Made by a program: the position numbers and the translations under genes
Shown here: piece by piece, positions 1 to 10,143 of the stretch
Position numbering within the stretch: position 1 is the stretch's first letter
How the letters are laid out: every line of letters starts with the position of its first letter
The notes under the pieces: generated by a model
What the model saw: the letters and a program-made list of their open reading frames with translations, nothing else
What the model was told of the DNA's origin: nothing
The model's database searches: none
Source: Eubacteriales bacterium
Lineage (GTDB): Bacteria; Bacillota; Clostridia; Oscillospirales; CAG-272
Assembly: GCA_045534215.1 (NCBI GenBank)
Contig: JAZSJG010000008.1
Coordinates: forward strand, 874-64,873
Direction of reading: 5' to 3'
DNA: 64,000 bases

Positions 1-1866
1 ATTGTGAACGAGCCCGTATCCGACGGAAGAATGATTATCTTCTCTTCTGCGGACAAGGATTCAACTCCCGCCGACAGCTTCAGAATTAATCTGGAGAACG
101 GTACACTCAAGGTTGTTTCGGAGTATGAAAATTCCTTCAAAAACGGTGTTGATGATTTCTTCACGAACGTAATCACACGCGGCGAAAGCAACGTAACCGT
201 TGAAAACGGATTCTCGCATAAGATTGACGTTAGCGTTGTTTACTATACTGATTTCGGTGCTGTAGGCGACGGAAAGACAAACGACTTTAAGGCGCTCGTG
301 CTCGCCCACGACTTTGCAAACATATCCGGTCAGACGGTAAAGGGTGCAAAGGCAGGCGAAGGAACTAAAAAGTATTACATAAAGGATACAAGAATTTCCG
401 GCAGAGGTACTACTTCCATAAAGATTATGACGAACGTTGACTGGAACAACACCCACTTCATAATCGACGACACAACTTACGGTGTAAGTGACGGAACAGG
501 TCTTTACGACCACCCAATTTTCCTTGTTGCTTCACCTTATGAAGATGTAATATTCACCGGTGATGACATTAAGGATTTCCAGAACGTAGGTCCTAACACA
601 AAGAAAATAGACCTCGGACTCGGATATCCCGCAATGCTTATCATAACCAATAAGGAACACAGAGTTTACATTCGTTACGGTCCTAATGCTAACAGCGGAA
701 ACCCCCAGGAAGAGCTTGTACTGGTTGACGCAGAGGGCAACATAATCGGTAATACAGAGCTGATGCTGAACTATGAAAAGGTAACCTCTATTACCGCAAT
801 CAGAACCGACGTTGAACCGATTACCATCAGCGGCGGAACGGTTACAAGATGGGCAACTCGCGTTGATACAAGTAGAAACACTTATTTTGAAAGAAACTTG
901 TGTGTAAGCAGATCTAATACAACAGTTATAGGTCTTAAGCAATATAACGAAAAAGAATTTACCGTGGAAGAGCAGGCAGCCGGAAAAAGAAGTGCTCCCT
1001 ACAGAGGATTCTTCTATGCGTACAAAGCAAACAACGTAACCTTTGAAGAATGCGTGCTTACCGCTCCTAGATACTACGGCGGAGGAACATACGGATTTTC
1101 CGCCGGCTTTTCAAATGACGTTCTCTTACTCAACTGTACCCAATCAAACTTTTATAAAAAGGACTCAAACGGTGAGCTCACAGACATACCAAGTACCGAA
1201 GATTCCCCAGTTACAGGAATGAGAGAGTATTGGGGTATCGGCGGCTCAAGCTTCTGCAAAAACCTCGTGTATGACGGTTGTATGCTCACCCGTTATGATG
1301 CTCACGCAGGAGTTTATAACGGAAAAATTGTTAACTCCACTATCGTTATGCTTAACCTTATAGGCGGCGGAGATATGATTGTCGAGAACACCACAATCAT
1401 AATGGAGGGTGCAACTCTTATAAACCTTAGAAACGACTACGGTTCAACCTGGAAAGGAACTATCACCCTCAAGGATTGCAAGCTCAAGCCCTATGATACA
1501 AGCAGAAATTCACTCTTCATTATCGGTCAGAAATGGGTAAATCACGATTTCGGATACACCTGCTATATGCCCAGTGTTACAATAGATAACCTTTCATTTG
1601 CCACGGGCTCAATGCCGGTTCCGCTATACCTTGTTGGAACATCAACGAGCGGATATGATTCAATCTATTCGGAAACAAGGCTTCATCTTACTACAACCTC
1701 AAGTGGTGCAAAGAACATAAATCCTCTTGTTCCCGCTCAGTTCATAAGAGTTATAAATAACAATGCAAATCTTGACTTCCGTGTATATGATGCTCCTATT
1801 CTTACAAAGGTTGATATTTCATCGGATTCAACCGCTGAAATCAAACACGAAACCTACGGCAAATAA
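1..1866 (+). CDS. Beta-helix (pectate-lyase-superfamily-like) surface protein, paralog 1 of 5; 5' end lies outside the window
   Basis: The frame is open from base 1 (att gtg aac = IVN aligns with QIVNEP of paralog 2). YYTDFGAVGDGKTNDFKAL matches the N-terminal signature of Pectate_lyase_3/GH28-like beta-helix proteins. It is colinear by eye with 2168..4849 over its whole length. Confidence 0.8.
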   Translation: MVNEPVSDGRMIIFSSADKDSTPADSFRINLENGTLKVVSEYENSFKNGVDDFFTNVITRGESNVTVENGFSHKIDVSVVYYTDFGAVGDGKTNDFKALVLAHDFANISGQTVKGAKAGEGTKKYYIKDTRISGRGTTSIKIMTNVDWNNTHFIIDDTTYGVSDGTGLYDHPIFLVASPYEDVIFTGDDIKDFQNVGPNTKKIDLGLGYPAMLIITNKEHRVYIRYGPNANSGNPQEELVLVDAEGNIIGNTELMLNYEKVTSITAIRTDVEPITISGGTVTRWATRVDTSRNTYFERNLCVSRSNTTVIGLKQYNEKEFTVEEQAAGKRSAPYRGFFYAYKANNVTFEECVLTAPRYYGGGTYGFSAGFSNDVLLLNCTQSNFYKKDSNGELTDIPSTEDSPVTGMREYWGIGGSSFCKNLVYDGCMLTRYDAHAGVYNGKIVNSTIVMLNLIGGGDMIVENTTIIMEGATLINLRNDYGSTWKGTITLKDCKLKPYDTSRNSLFIIGQKWVNHDFGYTCYMPSVTIDNLSFATGSMPVPLYLVGTSTSGYDSIYSETRLHLTTTSSGAKNINPLVPAQFIRVINNNANLDFRVYDAPILTKVDISSDSTAEIKHETYGK

Positions 1867-1905
1867 TCAGGATTTTCAAAATCCAAAGATTAAGTATATT
1901 CTTTT

Positions 1906-1940
1906 CCGTGCGCCAATACGGCGCACGGATTTTTTATTTT
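1906..1940 (+). terminator. Rho-independent terminator after paralog 1
   Basis: Stem ccgtgcgcc (1906-1914), loop aatac, stem ggcgcacgg (1920-1928), followed by a T-run at 1930-1935. Confidence 0.75.
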
Positions 1941-2048
1941 CAAAGAAAATAAAATTACTTAGAAACTCCGGCAAGACAATGTGCTGTGTTTTGTCGTGTT
2001 TTTTTGTGCATATTGACTACAACTTTTTTCTTTTTTGAAAACATGGCG

Positions 2049-2076
2049 TTGTTTTACGTAAAAGCTGTGGTATAAT
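2049..2076 (+). promoter_or_regulatory. Candidate sigma-A promoter for the paralog 2-5 operon
   Basis: TTGTTT (2049-2054), 16-nt spacer, extended -10 TGgTATAAT (TATAAT at 2071-2076), about 90 nt upstream of the ATG at 2168. Confidence 0.45.
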
Positions 2077-2167
2077 TCTTATATAAACGTGCGCGCAGGC
2101 ACACGCAACTTGCTCTGCCGTAAAATCGTTTTTTAATACTTTTTTGCAAAAAATGGAGGTTCACATA

Positions 2168-4849
2168 ATGAAGCTGTTAAGAACTCTTGTGCTTACACTA
2201 ATTTGTATAGCGTTTTCTGTTTGTTTATTTGCCTGCTCGGACGAAAAATGCACCGAGCACACAGACAACGACGGCGACGGAATTTGCGACACCGAGGGCT
2301 GCAATGCTGCGGTAGAGCCAAAGCCGCAGGGAAACAGTCTTGTCCTTATTGAGAACGGCAAGGCAAAATTCCAAATAGTCTTGGCAGGAGAAGCGCCCGA
2401 AGAACCGGAAGAAGAGGAAGCAGAGGAGGGCTCAGAAGAGGGCGGCACGGAAAATGAGAGCACCGAAGAGGAATCCGAAGAAATACTCCCGGGACGAGAA
2501 ATTCTTACCGCAACAGAAGAGCTTGCGCAAGCACTTGCTGCGCTTGGAATAGAGGTTAAAATCGTTTTCGAGGCAGACGCAGCAACAGATTGCGAAATCC
2601 TTATCGGTGGTGTTGAATCAAGGGGTTCGGATTACTACATAGACGGCCACGCCTACGGCATGGAGGGATATTGTATAACCCTTGTTGGCACAAAGGTGGT
2701 TGTTAACGGCGGTTCTGTTGAATCAACGGTTAAGGCAATAAATTCCTTGAAAAAGGATATTTTGGGTATAAAGTCCTCTACTACACAGCTGGATAATGTG
2801 ACTATGAGCTCTGAGGATAACGTATCAAAAATTCAGGATAACTACTATATAAAATCCGTCAAGATTGGTGAAAACGACCTCAAGGATTACGTTATTGTCA
2901 TTGACGAGAGCAGCGAATATCAGAAAGAGGGAGCTCTTTTGCTTCAATCACTCTTTTACGAACAGGTTGGATATTGGCTTCAAATAGTCAACGAGCCAAG
3001 CTCGGACGGCAATATGATTCTTTTTGCAAATGCCGAAAAGGATGCAACACCTGCAGACAGCTTTAGAACCACGGTTGAAGGAAGCACACTTAAGGTCGTT
3101 TCCGAATACGAAAACTCTTTCAAAAAAGGAATAAACGACTTCTTTGCAAATACAATAACCAGAGGAGAAAACGATATAGTTCTTGACTCTTCCCTCTCTT
3201 ATACGCTTGACGTAAGCATAGTGTATTATGATGAATTCGGAGCTGTTGCAGATGGAAAGACGAACGACTTTGAAGCTCTTCTCCTTACTCACGAATTTGC
3301 TAACATTTCCGGTCAGACAGTCAAGGGCGCAAGAAAGGGCTTAGGCACTAAAACCTACTATATACAGGACACACGTATAAACGGTGAAGTCAAAACAATA
3401 GTCATTATGACAAACGTCGATTGGAACAACACTCAATTCATAATTGACGACTCCAAGTACAGCACAAGCGACGGTACGGGAATTCATGCACAGCCTGTAT
3501 TCAGAGCCGCTTCGCCCTACCCCGAGATAGTTCTTGAAGGCGATATCCTTGCACCCTACCAGAATGCAGGACCCGAGACGAAGAAATTTGACCTCGGTCT
3601 TGGTTATCCTGCAATGCTTATCGTTACCAACTCGGAGCACAGGGTTTATATCCGTTACGGTGCAAATGCCAACGAGGGTAACATTCAAGAAGAGGTTGTG
3701 CTCATTGATGCAGAGGGAAATGTAGTAGAGGGAACGGAGCTTTTACTCAATTACGAAAAGGTTACCTCTATCACGGTTATAAGAACGGACGTTGAACCGA
3801 TTACCATCGAGGGAGGTATCGTTACAAGACGGGCAACACACGTTGACACTACAAGACTCACATCATACTTTGTGAGAAACTTTCAGGTAAACAGGTCTAA
3901 TACGACAATAAAGGGTCTTGAGCAATATAATGAAAATGAATTCACCGTTGAAGAGCAGGCAGCAGGAAAGAACGGAGCGCCCTATAGAGGATTCTTCTAT
4001 GCATACAGAGCAAATCATATCATCTTTGAAGAATGCGTGCTTACTGCTCCAAGATATTACGGATGCGGAACGTACGGACTGGGAGCCAACTTCTCAAACG
4101 ACATTCTTTTCTTAAACTGCACTCAATCCAACTTCTACAAGAAGGACTCGGACGGCAACCTTACCGACATTCCAAGCTCTGAAGATTCATCCGTTACGGG
4201 CAAAAGAGAATATTGGGGAATCGGCGGCTCTAATTACTGCAAAAACATGGTATACGACGGCTGTTTTCTCACGCGCTACGATGCACACGCAGGAATTTAC
4301 AACGGAAAAATTCTTAATTCTACCATCGTTATGCTCAACCTCATAGGCGGTGGAGATATGTATATCGAGAATACCACTATCATAATGGAGGGCTCAACGC
4401 TTATCAACTTAAGAGATGACTACGGCTCTACGTTCAATGGCACAATCACCTTTAAAAACTGCAAGCTTAAGCCGTATAATTCGAGCAAGACGACTCTTTA
4501 CCTTATCGGTCAGAAATGGCAAAACCACTACTTCGGTTATCCCTGCCATATGCCGAATATCGTTATAGACAACCTTTCATTTGATGAGGGAATAGAGCCG
4601 CGTCCCTTATATATCCTTTCCACCGCAACAAGCGGATATGATTCAATTTATTCGGAAACACGGCTGCACCAGGTTGTAACATCAAGCGGCGCGAAAAATC
4701 TCAACCCCTTAACACCCGCCGAATATTTCAAGATAATAAATAACTATTCAAATCTTGACTTCCGAATTTACGATGCACCGATTCTCAACAGCGTGGATAT
4801 CATTACCGACTCAACCGTTGAAATCAAGCATCAAACATTCGGTCAGTAG
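2168..4849 (+). CDS. Lipoprotein with two N-terminal alpha/beta modules plus a beta-helix (pectate-lyase-superfamily-like) domain, paralog 2
   Basis: GGAGG at 2155-2159 lies 8 nt before the ATG at 2168. Signal peptide MKLLRTLVLTLICIAFSVCLFAC has lipobox LFAC. FGAVADGKTNDFEAL motif. Shared C-terminal motifs NCTQSNFYK, EYWGIGG, TRYDAHAG, NLIGGGD. Confidence 0.85.
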   Translation: MKLLRTLVLTLICIAFSVCLFACSDEKCTEHTDNDGDGICDTEGCNAAVEPKPQGNSLVLIENGKAKFQIVLAGEAPEEPEEEEAEEGSEEGGTENESTEEESEEILPGREILTATEELAQALAALGIEVKIVFEADAATDCEILIGGVESRGSDYYIDGHAYGMEGYCITLVGTKVVVNGGSVESTVKAINSLKKDILGIKSSTTQLDNVTMSSEDNVSKIQDNYYIKSVKIGENDLKDYVIVIDESSEYQKEGALLLQSLFYEQVGYWLQIVNEPSSDGNMILFANAEKDATPADSFRTTVEGSTLKVVSEYENSFKKGINDFFANTITRGENDIVLDSSLSYTLDVSIVYYDEFGAVADGKTNDFEALLLTHEFANISGQTVKGARKGLGTKTYYIQDTRINGEVKTIVIMTNVDWNNTQFIIDDSKYSTSDGTGIHAQPVFRAASPYPEIVLEGDILAPYQNAGPETKKFDLGLGYPAMLIVTNSEHRVYIRYGANANEGNIQEEVVLIDAEGNVVEGTELLLNYEKVTSITVIRTDVEPITIEGGIVTRRATHVDTTRLTSYFVRNFQVNRSNTTIKGLEQYNENEFTVEEQAAGKNGAPYRGFFYAYRANHIIFEECVLTAPRYYGCGTYGLGANFSNDILFLNCTQSNFYKKDSDGNLTDIPSSEDSSVTGKREYWGIGGSNYCKNMVYDGCFLTRYDAHAGIYNGKILNSTIVMLNLIGGGDMYIENTTIIMEGSTLINLRDDYGSTFNGTITFKNCKLKPYNSSKTTLYLIGQKWQNHYFGYPCHMPNIVIDNLSFDEGIEPRPLYILSTATSGYDSIYSETRLHQVVTSSGAKNLNPLTPAEYFKIINNYSNLDFRIYDAPILNSVDIITDSTVEIKHQTFGQ

Positions 4850-4951
4850 CTTGTAATTTTGCGGCTTTAATAAAACCAGTACAGCACAAAAATTTGAAAA
4901 TCCAATAACGCATCCAATACCTGTGTACTTTTGATATTTAGAGGTAAATTA

Positions 4952-7498
4952 ATGAAATTCAGGCACTTTGTACTAATTTTATTTACATTGACACTGTTTT
5001 TCTGTTTGTCCGCTTGCTCGGGTGGAAAATGCACAGAGCACAAGGACGGGAATGCTGACGGTGTCTGCGACACGGCAGGATGTAACGCTCGCGTAGAAGG
5101 CGACGCACCGGCACAAAAGCTTGTGCTGATAGAAAATAACGAGGCGAAATTTCAGTTTGTTATAGCAGATGATGCTGCTACCGGGGAAATAATCAGTATC
5201 GTAAATACCCTTTCCAAAGGACTAAAGGCGCACGGAATTTTAGCAGATTGGGCATTTGAAAATGATGAGGAAATCGAATGCGAAATACTCATTGGGTCGG
5301 TTCATACAAGAGGAGACGAGAATTTTTGCGATGCACACGCCCTCGGCCCCGGCGGATACATCATCAAGCTTTCTGATTCAAAGCTGATAGTAAACGGTGG
5401 CTCGCTTTCTTCGCTTATTAAGGTTCTCGGTATTTTGAAGGATGATATTTTCGGACTCTCCGACGGCACGAAGCCGCTTGAGAATTTAATATTCTCCGCC
5501 GATATGAATGTAAGATGTGACAATAGCGATTACACCGTAGATTCCATTTCTATATCCGGCAACCCCCTCGAAGATTACGTTATATACGTAGAGAGTGGGA
5601 ACAAATATCAGAAGGAGGGAGCGCTGCAGCTACAGAACATGCTTTACTCCAACGCAGGATATTGGCTTAATATTGTAAGCGAGCTTCCCGAGGATAAAAA
5701 GGCGATAATTTTCAAAACTACAGAGCGTGACGACACCTCTCACGACAGCTTTAAGGTTTATGTTGACGGTGCATCGATGCTTATCGAAGCCGAATACGAA
5801 AACGCATTTTTACGAGAGCTTGACGAGTTCGGAATAAGAACTGTTTTTCTCGGTTCCGGGGACTTAAATTTCGCGGGCGAGGTATATGAAAAGGATGTGA
5901 GCATTGTATATTACACCGATTTCGGTGCAAGCGCAGACGGGTATTTTGACAATTTTAAGCAGATAAAGGAAGCCCATGATTATGCCAATATTTCAGGGCA
6001 GCTGGTAAAAGCGATAAAGCCGGGCGAAAAGGATTTAATCTTCCGTCTTGTCGAAACGACAAAGGACCATTTATACCCGCAAACAATAAAAATTATGACA
6101 AACGTCGATTGGACCGGCGCAAAATTCATAATAGATGATGAACTTCTTGCCGAATACGACGACACGGATATGTACTCTGTGCCCATTTTCGAGGTTATAT
6201 CACCCTACAACAGCATCAAAGTCAAGGTTGACGAAGGTATTGTTAAAGGCACATCGAAGTTGAATTTAAATCTTTCATATCCCGCATACGTGATTATCAC
6301 GGATGAATCTATAAAAACCTCCATCAAATACGGCAACTCCGAAAGCTACAGTCCCGCACAGGAAATTATACTTGTTGACGATAAGGGTTACGTCGACTCG
6401 ACTACGCCCATTCTCCTTGACTATACAAACGAGTGTACACTATCAGTTTTCAGAATGGACCTTGACCCTCTTATTATAGACGGCGGTATATTTACAAGAT
6501 ATGCAAGCCGCAAAAACATAATCTCGGAGGGAGAGATTTACACAGATACTTTTAAGAGGGGTATACAAATTACCCGTCCAAATACAACTATCAAAAATTT
6601 CGAATATTACATTGAAGGCGAATTTACAACCGAAGAGCAGAAAAAAGGAAAAAACGGCCCTGCTTATTCGGGATTTGTTGAAATTTTGAACACAACCAAC
6701 GTTGTTGTTGAAAACTGTATTCTTACAGCACCGAGATATTACCGTTCGGGGTCATTTGCCACGAGCGTCACTCTCTCAAACAACGTAGTATACAGAAACT
6801 GTACTCAATCGAACTTTTACAAAAAAGATGCAAACGGAAACCTCAGCACAACCTTAAGCACAGAAAAATCTTCTGTTACTAAAAAGCAGGAATATTGGGG
6901 TCCGACAGATGCAAATTACTGTAAAAATCTCATATATGACGGATGCTTATTCACAAGAATTGACACGCATAGGGGTGTTTACAACGCAAAACTTACAAAT
7001 TCCAAGGTTGCGGCAATCAATATTCTTGGAGGAGGAGAACTGATTATTGAGAATACCGAGATAATTCTTTCCCGCGAATACATCATAGATATGCGTGCCG
7101 ATTACGGAGCAACATGGTGCGGCACAGTAAAGATAAAGGACTGTACGCTTTCCTGCGGCAGCAATAATTACACAAAGCTTGCGCTTTTTAGACAAAACTG
7201 GTATAACTACAACTTTGGATATTCCTCTCATTTGCCAAGCGTTACTATTGACAATATTGCATTCAGCATAGACGACGAGCCGGTGCCCATTTACATTTAC
7301 GGAAGCAACGATGCAATATACAAGGATACGGGCGTTGCGAAGAGCAAGCTTTCCACAGGTAAAAATAATAAAAATACGATAACTCCGCCGGAATATATCA
7401 GGGTTGAAAGAAACTATTACGGAATTGAGTTTTACGTATACAACGCTCCTTTCATATACGAAACAGAGCTTGTTGGCGTAGTAAAGGTTAAAAAATAA
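4952..7498 (+). CDS. Lipoprotein, beta-helix family, paralog 3 (most diverged of the secreted copies)
   Basis: RBS gaggt at 4941-4945, ATG at 4952. Signal peptide MKFRHFVLILFTLTLFFCLSAC has lipobox LSAC. YYTDFGASADGYFDNFKQI, NCTQSNFYKKD, EYWGPTD and FTRIDTHRG are colinear with paralogs 1, 2 and 4. Confidence 0.85.
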   Translation: MKFRHFVLILFTLTLFFCLSACSGGKCTEHKDGNADGVCDTAGCNARVEGDAPAQKLVLIENNEAKFQFVIADDAATGEIISIVNTLSKGLKAHGILADWAFENDEEIECEILIGSVHTRGDENFCDAHALGPGGYIIKLSDSKLIVNGGSLSSLIKVLGILKDDIFGLSDGTKPLENLIFSADMNVRCDNSDYTVDSISISGNPLEDYVIYVESGNKYQKEGALQLQNMLYSNAGYWLNIVSELPEDKKAIIFKTTERDDTSHDSFKVYVDGASMLIEAEYENAFLRELDEFGIRTVFLGSGDLNFAGEVYEKDVSIVYYTDFGASADGYFDNFKQIKEAHDYANISGQLVKAIKPGEKDLIFRLVETTKDHLYPQTIKIMTNVDWTGAKFIIDDELLAEYDDTDMYSVPIFEVISPYNSIKVKVDEGIVKGTSKLNLNLSYPAYVIITDESIKTSIKYGNSESYSPAQEIILVDDKGYVDSTTPILLDYTNECTLSVFRMDLDPLIIDGGIFTRYASRKNIISEGEIYTDTFKRGIQITRPNTTIKNFEYYIEGEFTTEEQKKGKNGPAYSGFVEILNTTNVVVENCILTAPRYYRSGSFATSVTLSNNVVYRNCTQSNFYKKDANGNLSTTLSTEKSSVTKKQEYWGPTDANYCKNLIYDGCLFTRIDTHRGVYNAKLTNSKVAAINILGGGELIIENTEIILSREYIIDMRADYGATWCGTVKIKDCTLSCGSNNYTKLALFRQNWYNYNFGYSSHLPSVTIDNIAFSIDDEPVPIYIYGSNDAIYKDTGVAKSKLSTGKNNKNTITPPEYIRVERNYYGIEFYVYNAPFIYETELVGVVKVKK

Positions 7499-7579
7499 TT
7501 CTCAAAATCCTTTTTCAAAAATTTTATTTCTTCGGTGCTCCGAGTACCGTGTGAAGAATGAACAAGTCAGGAGGGGCAG

Positions 7580-10087
7580 ATGGCAAATAAGAAAAAACTG
7601 TTTGTTTCGATAATATTTTTCATTCTCATGTTTTCGCTTTTTGCTTGCTCTGAGCCAACCGACGAGAATTCCAATGAGGGTTTCTTTCTTATAAAAGACG
7701 GCAAAGTGGGCTTTGAAATAATACTCGGTGAGGATGCAGAAAGCGATGCTGTAAGAAAATCGGTTGCCGAACTCGTTGAAAATCTCAAATCGCTCGGCCT
7801 TGCCGTGCCCGTCAAGGCACAAACGAGTATAGAAGCGGACTTCGAAGTACTGATTGGGTGTGTAACGACACGCTTGCCGGAATACGAATACGACACCTCA
7901 CGTCTTGGGGAAAATGATTACGTAATTTCGATAATGGAACAAAAAATCATTATAGCTGCCGGCTCGGAAGAGGGATACTCGACGGCTATTGACGCTTTTT
8001 TGAACGATTTTATTAAGCTTGGAAGCTTAAAGGAAGAAATTTTCGACATAAAAGTCCTTCCCTCGCAATCGAAGGAGGTAATTAACACTCCTTTAGAAAA
8101 ACGCAAAATAACAATAGCAGGAAACGATATTTCGGATTACGTAATCGTAAGGGATATTCAAAATCCCTATCACGAAGCAACTGCGCTTGCAGTACAAAGA
8201 TTTTTTTTGCAGGAGCTTGGGCTTAAGCTTAAAATCACCGATGAATTTCCGGAGAGCAAAAAAGCAATATCCATTCAGTCGAAGAAAAAGGATGCAACAC
8301 CCCATGACAGCTTCAAGGTTTACGTAAAAGAGTCTTCCCTTTTCATAGAGAGTGAATATGACAACTCTTTAGAGCCATGCTTTGAGAAAATGATAAGTGA
8401 AACGCTTCTTGCTACAGACGGTGATTACAATTTTTCGGACGTGGTTTTTACAAAGGACGTAAGCTGTGTTTACTACTCCGATTTCGGAGCTGCAGGCGAC
8501 GGGATAACAAACGACTTTGAATCGCTTTTTCTTGCTCACGAATTTGCAAATCTTTCGGGGCAGACGGTAGTTGCAACAGAGAACGCCGAATATTACATAA
8601 GCGACACGCGTCTTGAAGGACGCGGAGTCAGCACAATTACCATTATGACAGACGTCATATGGACGGACGCAAAATTCATAATAGACGATACAAACATAAG
8701 CTCATTTGACGGAACGGGGCTTTATGAGCACAGTATATTCAACGTAGCATCTCCCTACAAAAGTGTATATATACCAAAGGACGTTATTGAAAATCTCGGA
8801 CACGTGGGACGTAATACTGTAAAGCTCAACGTTAATCTCGGATACCCCGCACTGCTTGTTGTAACAAACAAGAATCATTCGGTCTACGTGAGATACGGAA
8901 GTAATGCAAATTCCGGTGGTGTGCAAAGCGAGCTTGTTATCATAGATGAAAACGGCAACATTGACCCCTCAACACCGTTTTTGCTTGACTATGACAAGGT
9001 TACATCTATTGAAGCATACAGAATTGACCTTGAGCCGCTGACCGTTACGGGAGGTACTGTTACAACCAAGGCGAGCCGCAAGGACATCTCGGTTGGTCAA
9101 GACAGGCATACTGCCTACTTTTCGCGGGGTCTTCAGGTAACTCGTTCAAACACGCTTATAAAAGGGCTTAGCCACTACGTCGTAGGCGAATTCACTGTTA
9201 AAGAAGAAAAGCAGGGCTTGGAAGGGCCTCCTTACAGGGGGTTTTATACGACCAAATATGCAAACAACGTTACGTACGAGGATTGCGTATTTACAGCGCG
9301 GCGTTACTTTTCACCCGGTACTTACGGCTTAAGCGTAACAATGTCTAACGATATTCTTTTCAAAAACTGTACTCAATCTAATTTCTACAAGCTTGATTCA
9401 GAAGGAAATCCAACCGATACCGTTAGCACCGTCGGAAGAGAATACTGGGGACTCGGCGGTTCAAGCTACAGCAAAAACATGGTATATGACGGCTGTATGT
9501 TTACACGCTTTGATGCTCACGAGGGACTTTACAACGGCAAAATTCTTAATTCTACCGTAAATATGATAAATCTTATTGGCGGTGGAGATTTGCTTATAGA
9601 GAACACTACGATAGTTCTTACTGCTTCAACCGTGCTTAATATGCGTAATGATTACGGCTCTACCTGGAACGGCACTGTCACACTTAAGGACTCTGTAATT
9701 GATTTAAGAACATACGGCTCTACCATATATCTGTTGGGTCAAAAGTGGAACAATCACAATTTCGGATACAAATGCTACATGGCAAATCTTATCGTAGACA
9801 ACCTCTCATTCAAGGAGGGCGGACATACTGCCTCAATTTGTATGGTAACGACCGGGTCTTCGCGGTCTGTAGACGGCTACGATTCGGTAATAACAGAGCC
9901 GAATTTGCATTTATCAACCTTGAAGGATGGAAAGACCGAAAATATAAACCCCTTGACTCCCCCGTCTTACATCAAGGTAATCAACAATAAAGCGGATATA
10001 AAATATTTTATTTATTACGCGCCTATTTTGAGGTATACTGAGATTTCGGGAATTGAAATTAGGGAAAAGTATTTTGCTATTCCTTAA
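7580..10087 (+). CDS. Lipoprotein, beta-helix family, paralog 4
   Basis: AGGAGG RBS before the ATG at 7580. Signal peptide with lipobox LFAC (MANKKKLFVSIIFFILMFSLFAC). YYSDFGAAGDGITNDFESL, NCTQSNFYK, EYWGLGG, FTRFDAHEG. Confidence 0.85.
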   Translation: MANKKKLFVSIIFFILMFSLFACSEPTDENSNEGFFLIKDGKVGFEIILGEDAESDAVRKSVAELVENLKSLGLAVPVKAQTSIEADFEVLIGCVTTRLPEYEYDTSRLGENDYVISIMEQKIIIAAGSEEGYSTAIDAFLNDFIKLGSLKEEIFDIKVLPSQSKEVINTPLEKRKITIAGNDISDYVIVRDIQNPYHEATALAVQRFFLQELGLKLKITDEFPESKKAISIQSKKKDATPHDSFKVYVKESSLFIESEYDNSLEPCFEKMISETLLATDGDYNFSDVVFTKDVSCVYYSDFGAAGDGITNDFESLFLAHEFANLSGQTVVATENAEYYISDTRLEGRGVSTITIMTDVIWTDAKFIIDDTNISSFDGTGLYEHSIFNVASPYKSVYIPKDVIENLGHVGRNTVKLNVNLGYPALLVVTNKNHSVYVRYGSNANSGGVQSELVIIDENGNIDPSTPFLLDYDKVTSIEAYRIDLEPLTVTGGTVTTKASRKDISVGQDRHTAYFSRGLQVTRSNTLIKGLSHYVVGEFTVKEEKQGLEGPPYRGFYTTKYANNVTYEDCVFTARRYFSPGTYGLSVTMSNDILFKNCTQSNFYKLDSEGNPTDTVSTVGREYWGLGGSSYSKNMVYDGCMFTRFDAHEGLYNGKILNSTVNMINLIGGGDLLIENTTIVLTASTVLNMRNDYGSTWNGTVTLKDSVIDLRTYGSTIYLLGQKWNNHNFGYKCYMANLIVDNLSFKEGGHTASICMVTTGSSRSVDGYDSVITEPNLHLSTLKDGKTENINPLTPPSYIKVINNKADIKYFIYYAPILRYTEISGIEIREKYFAIP

Positions 10088-10143
10088 TATTCCTTATACT
10101 TCGACAGAATTAATTATGATAATATTTTCAGGAGGTAACTGAT

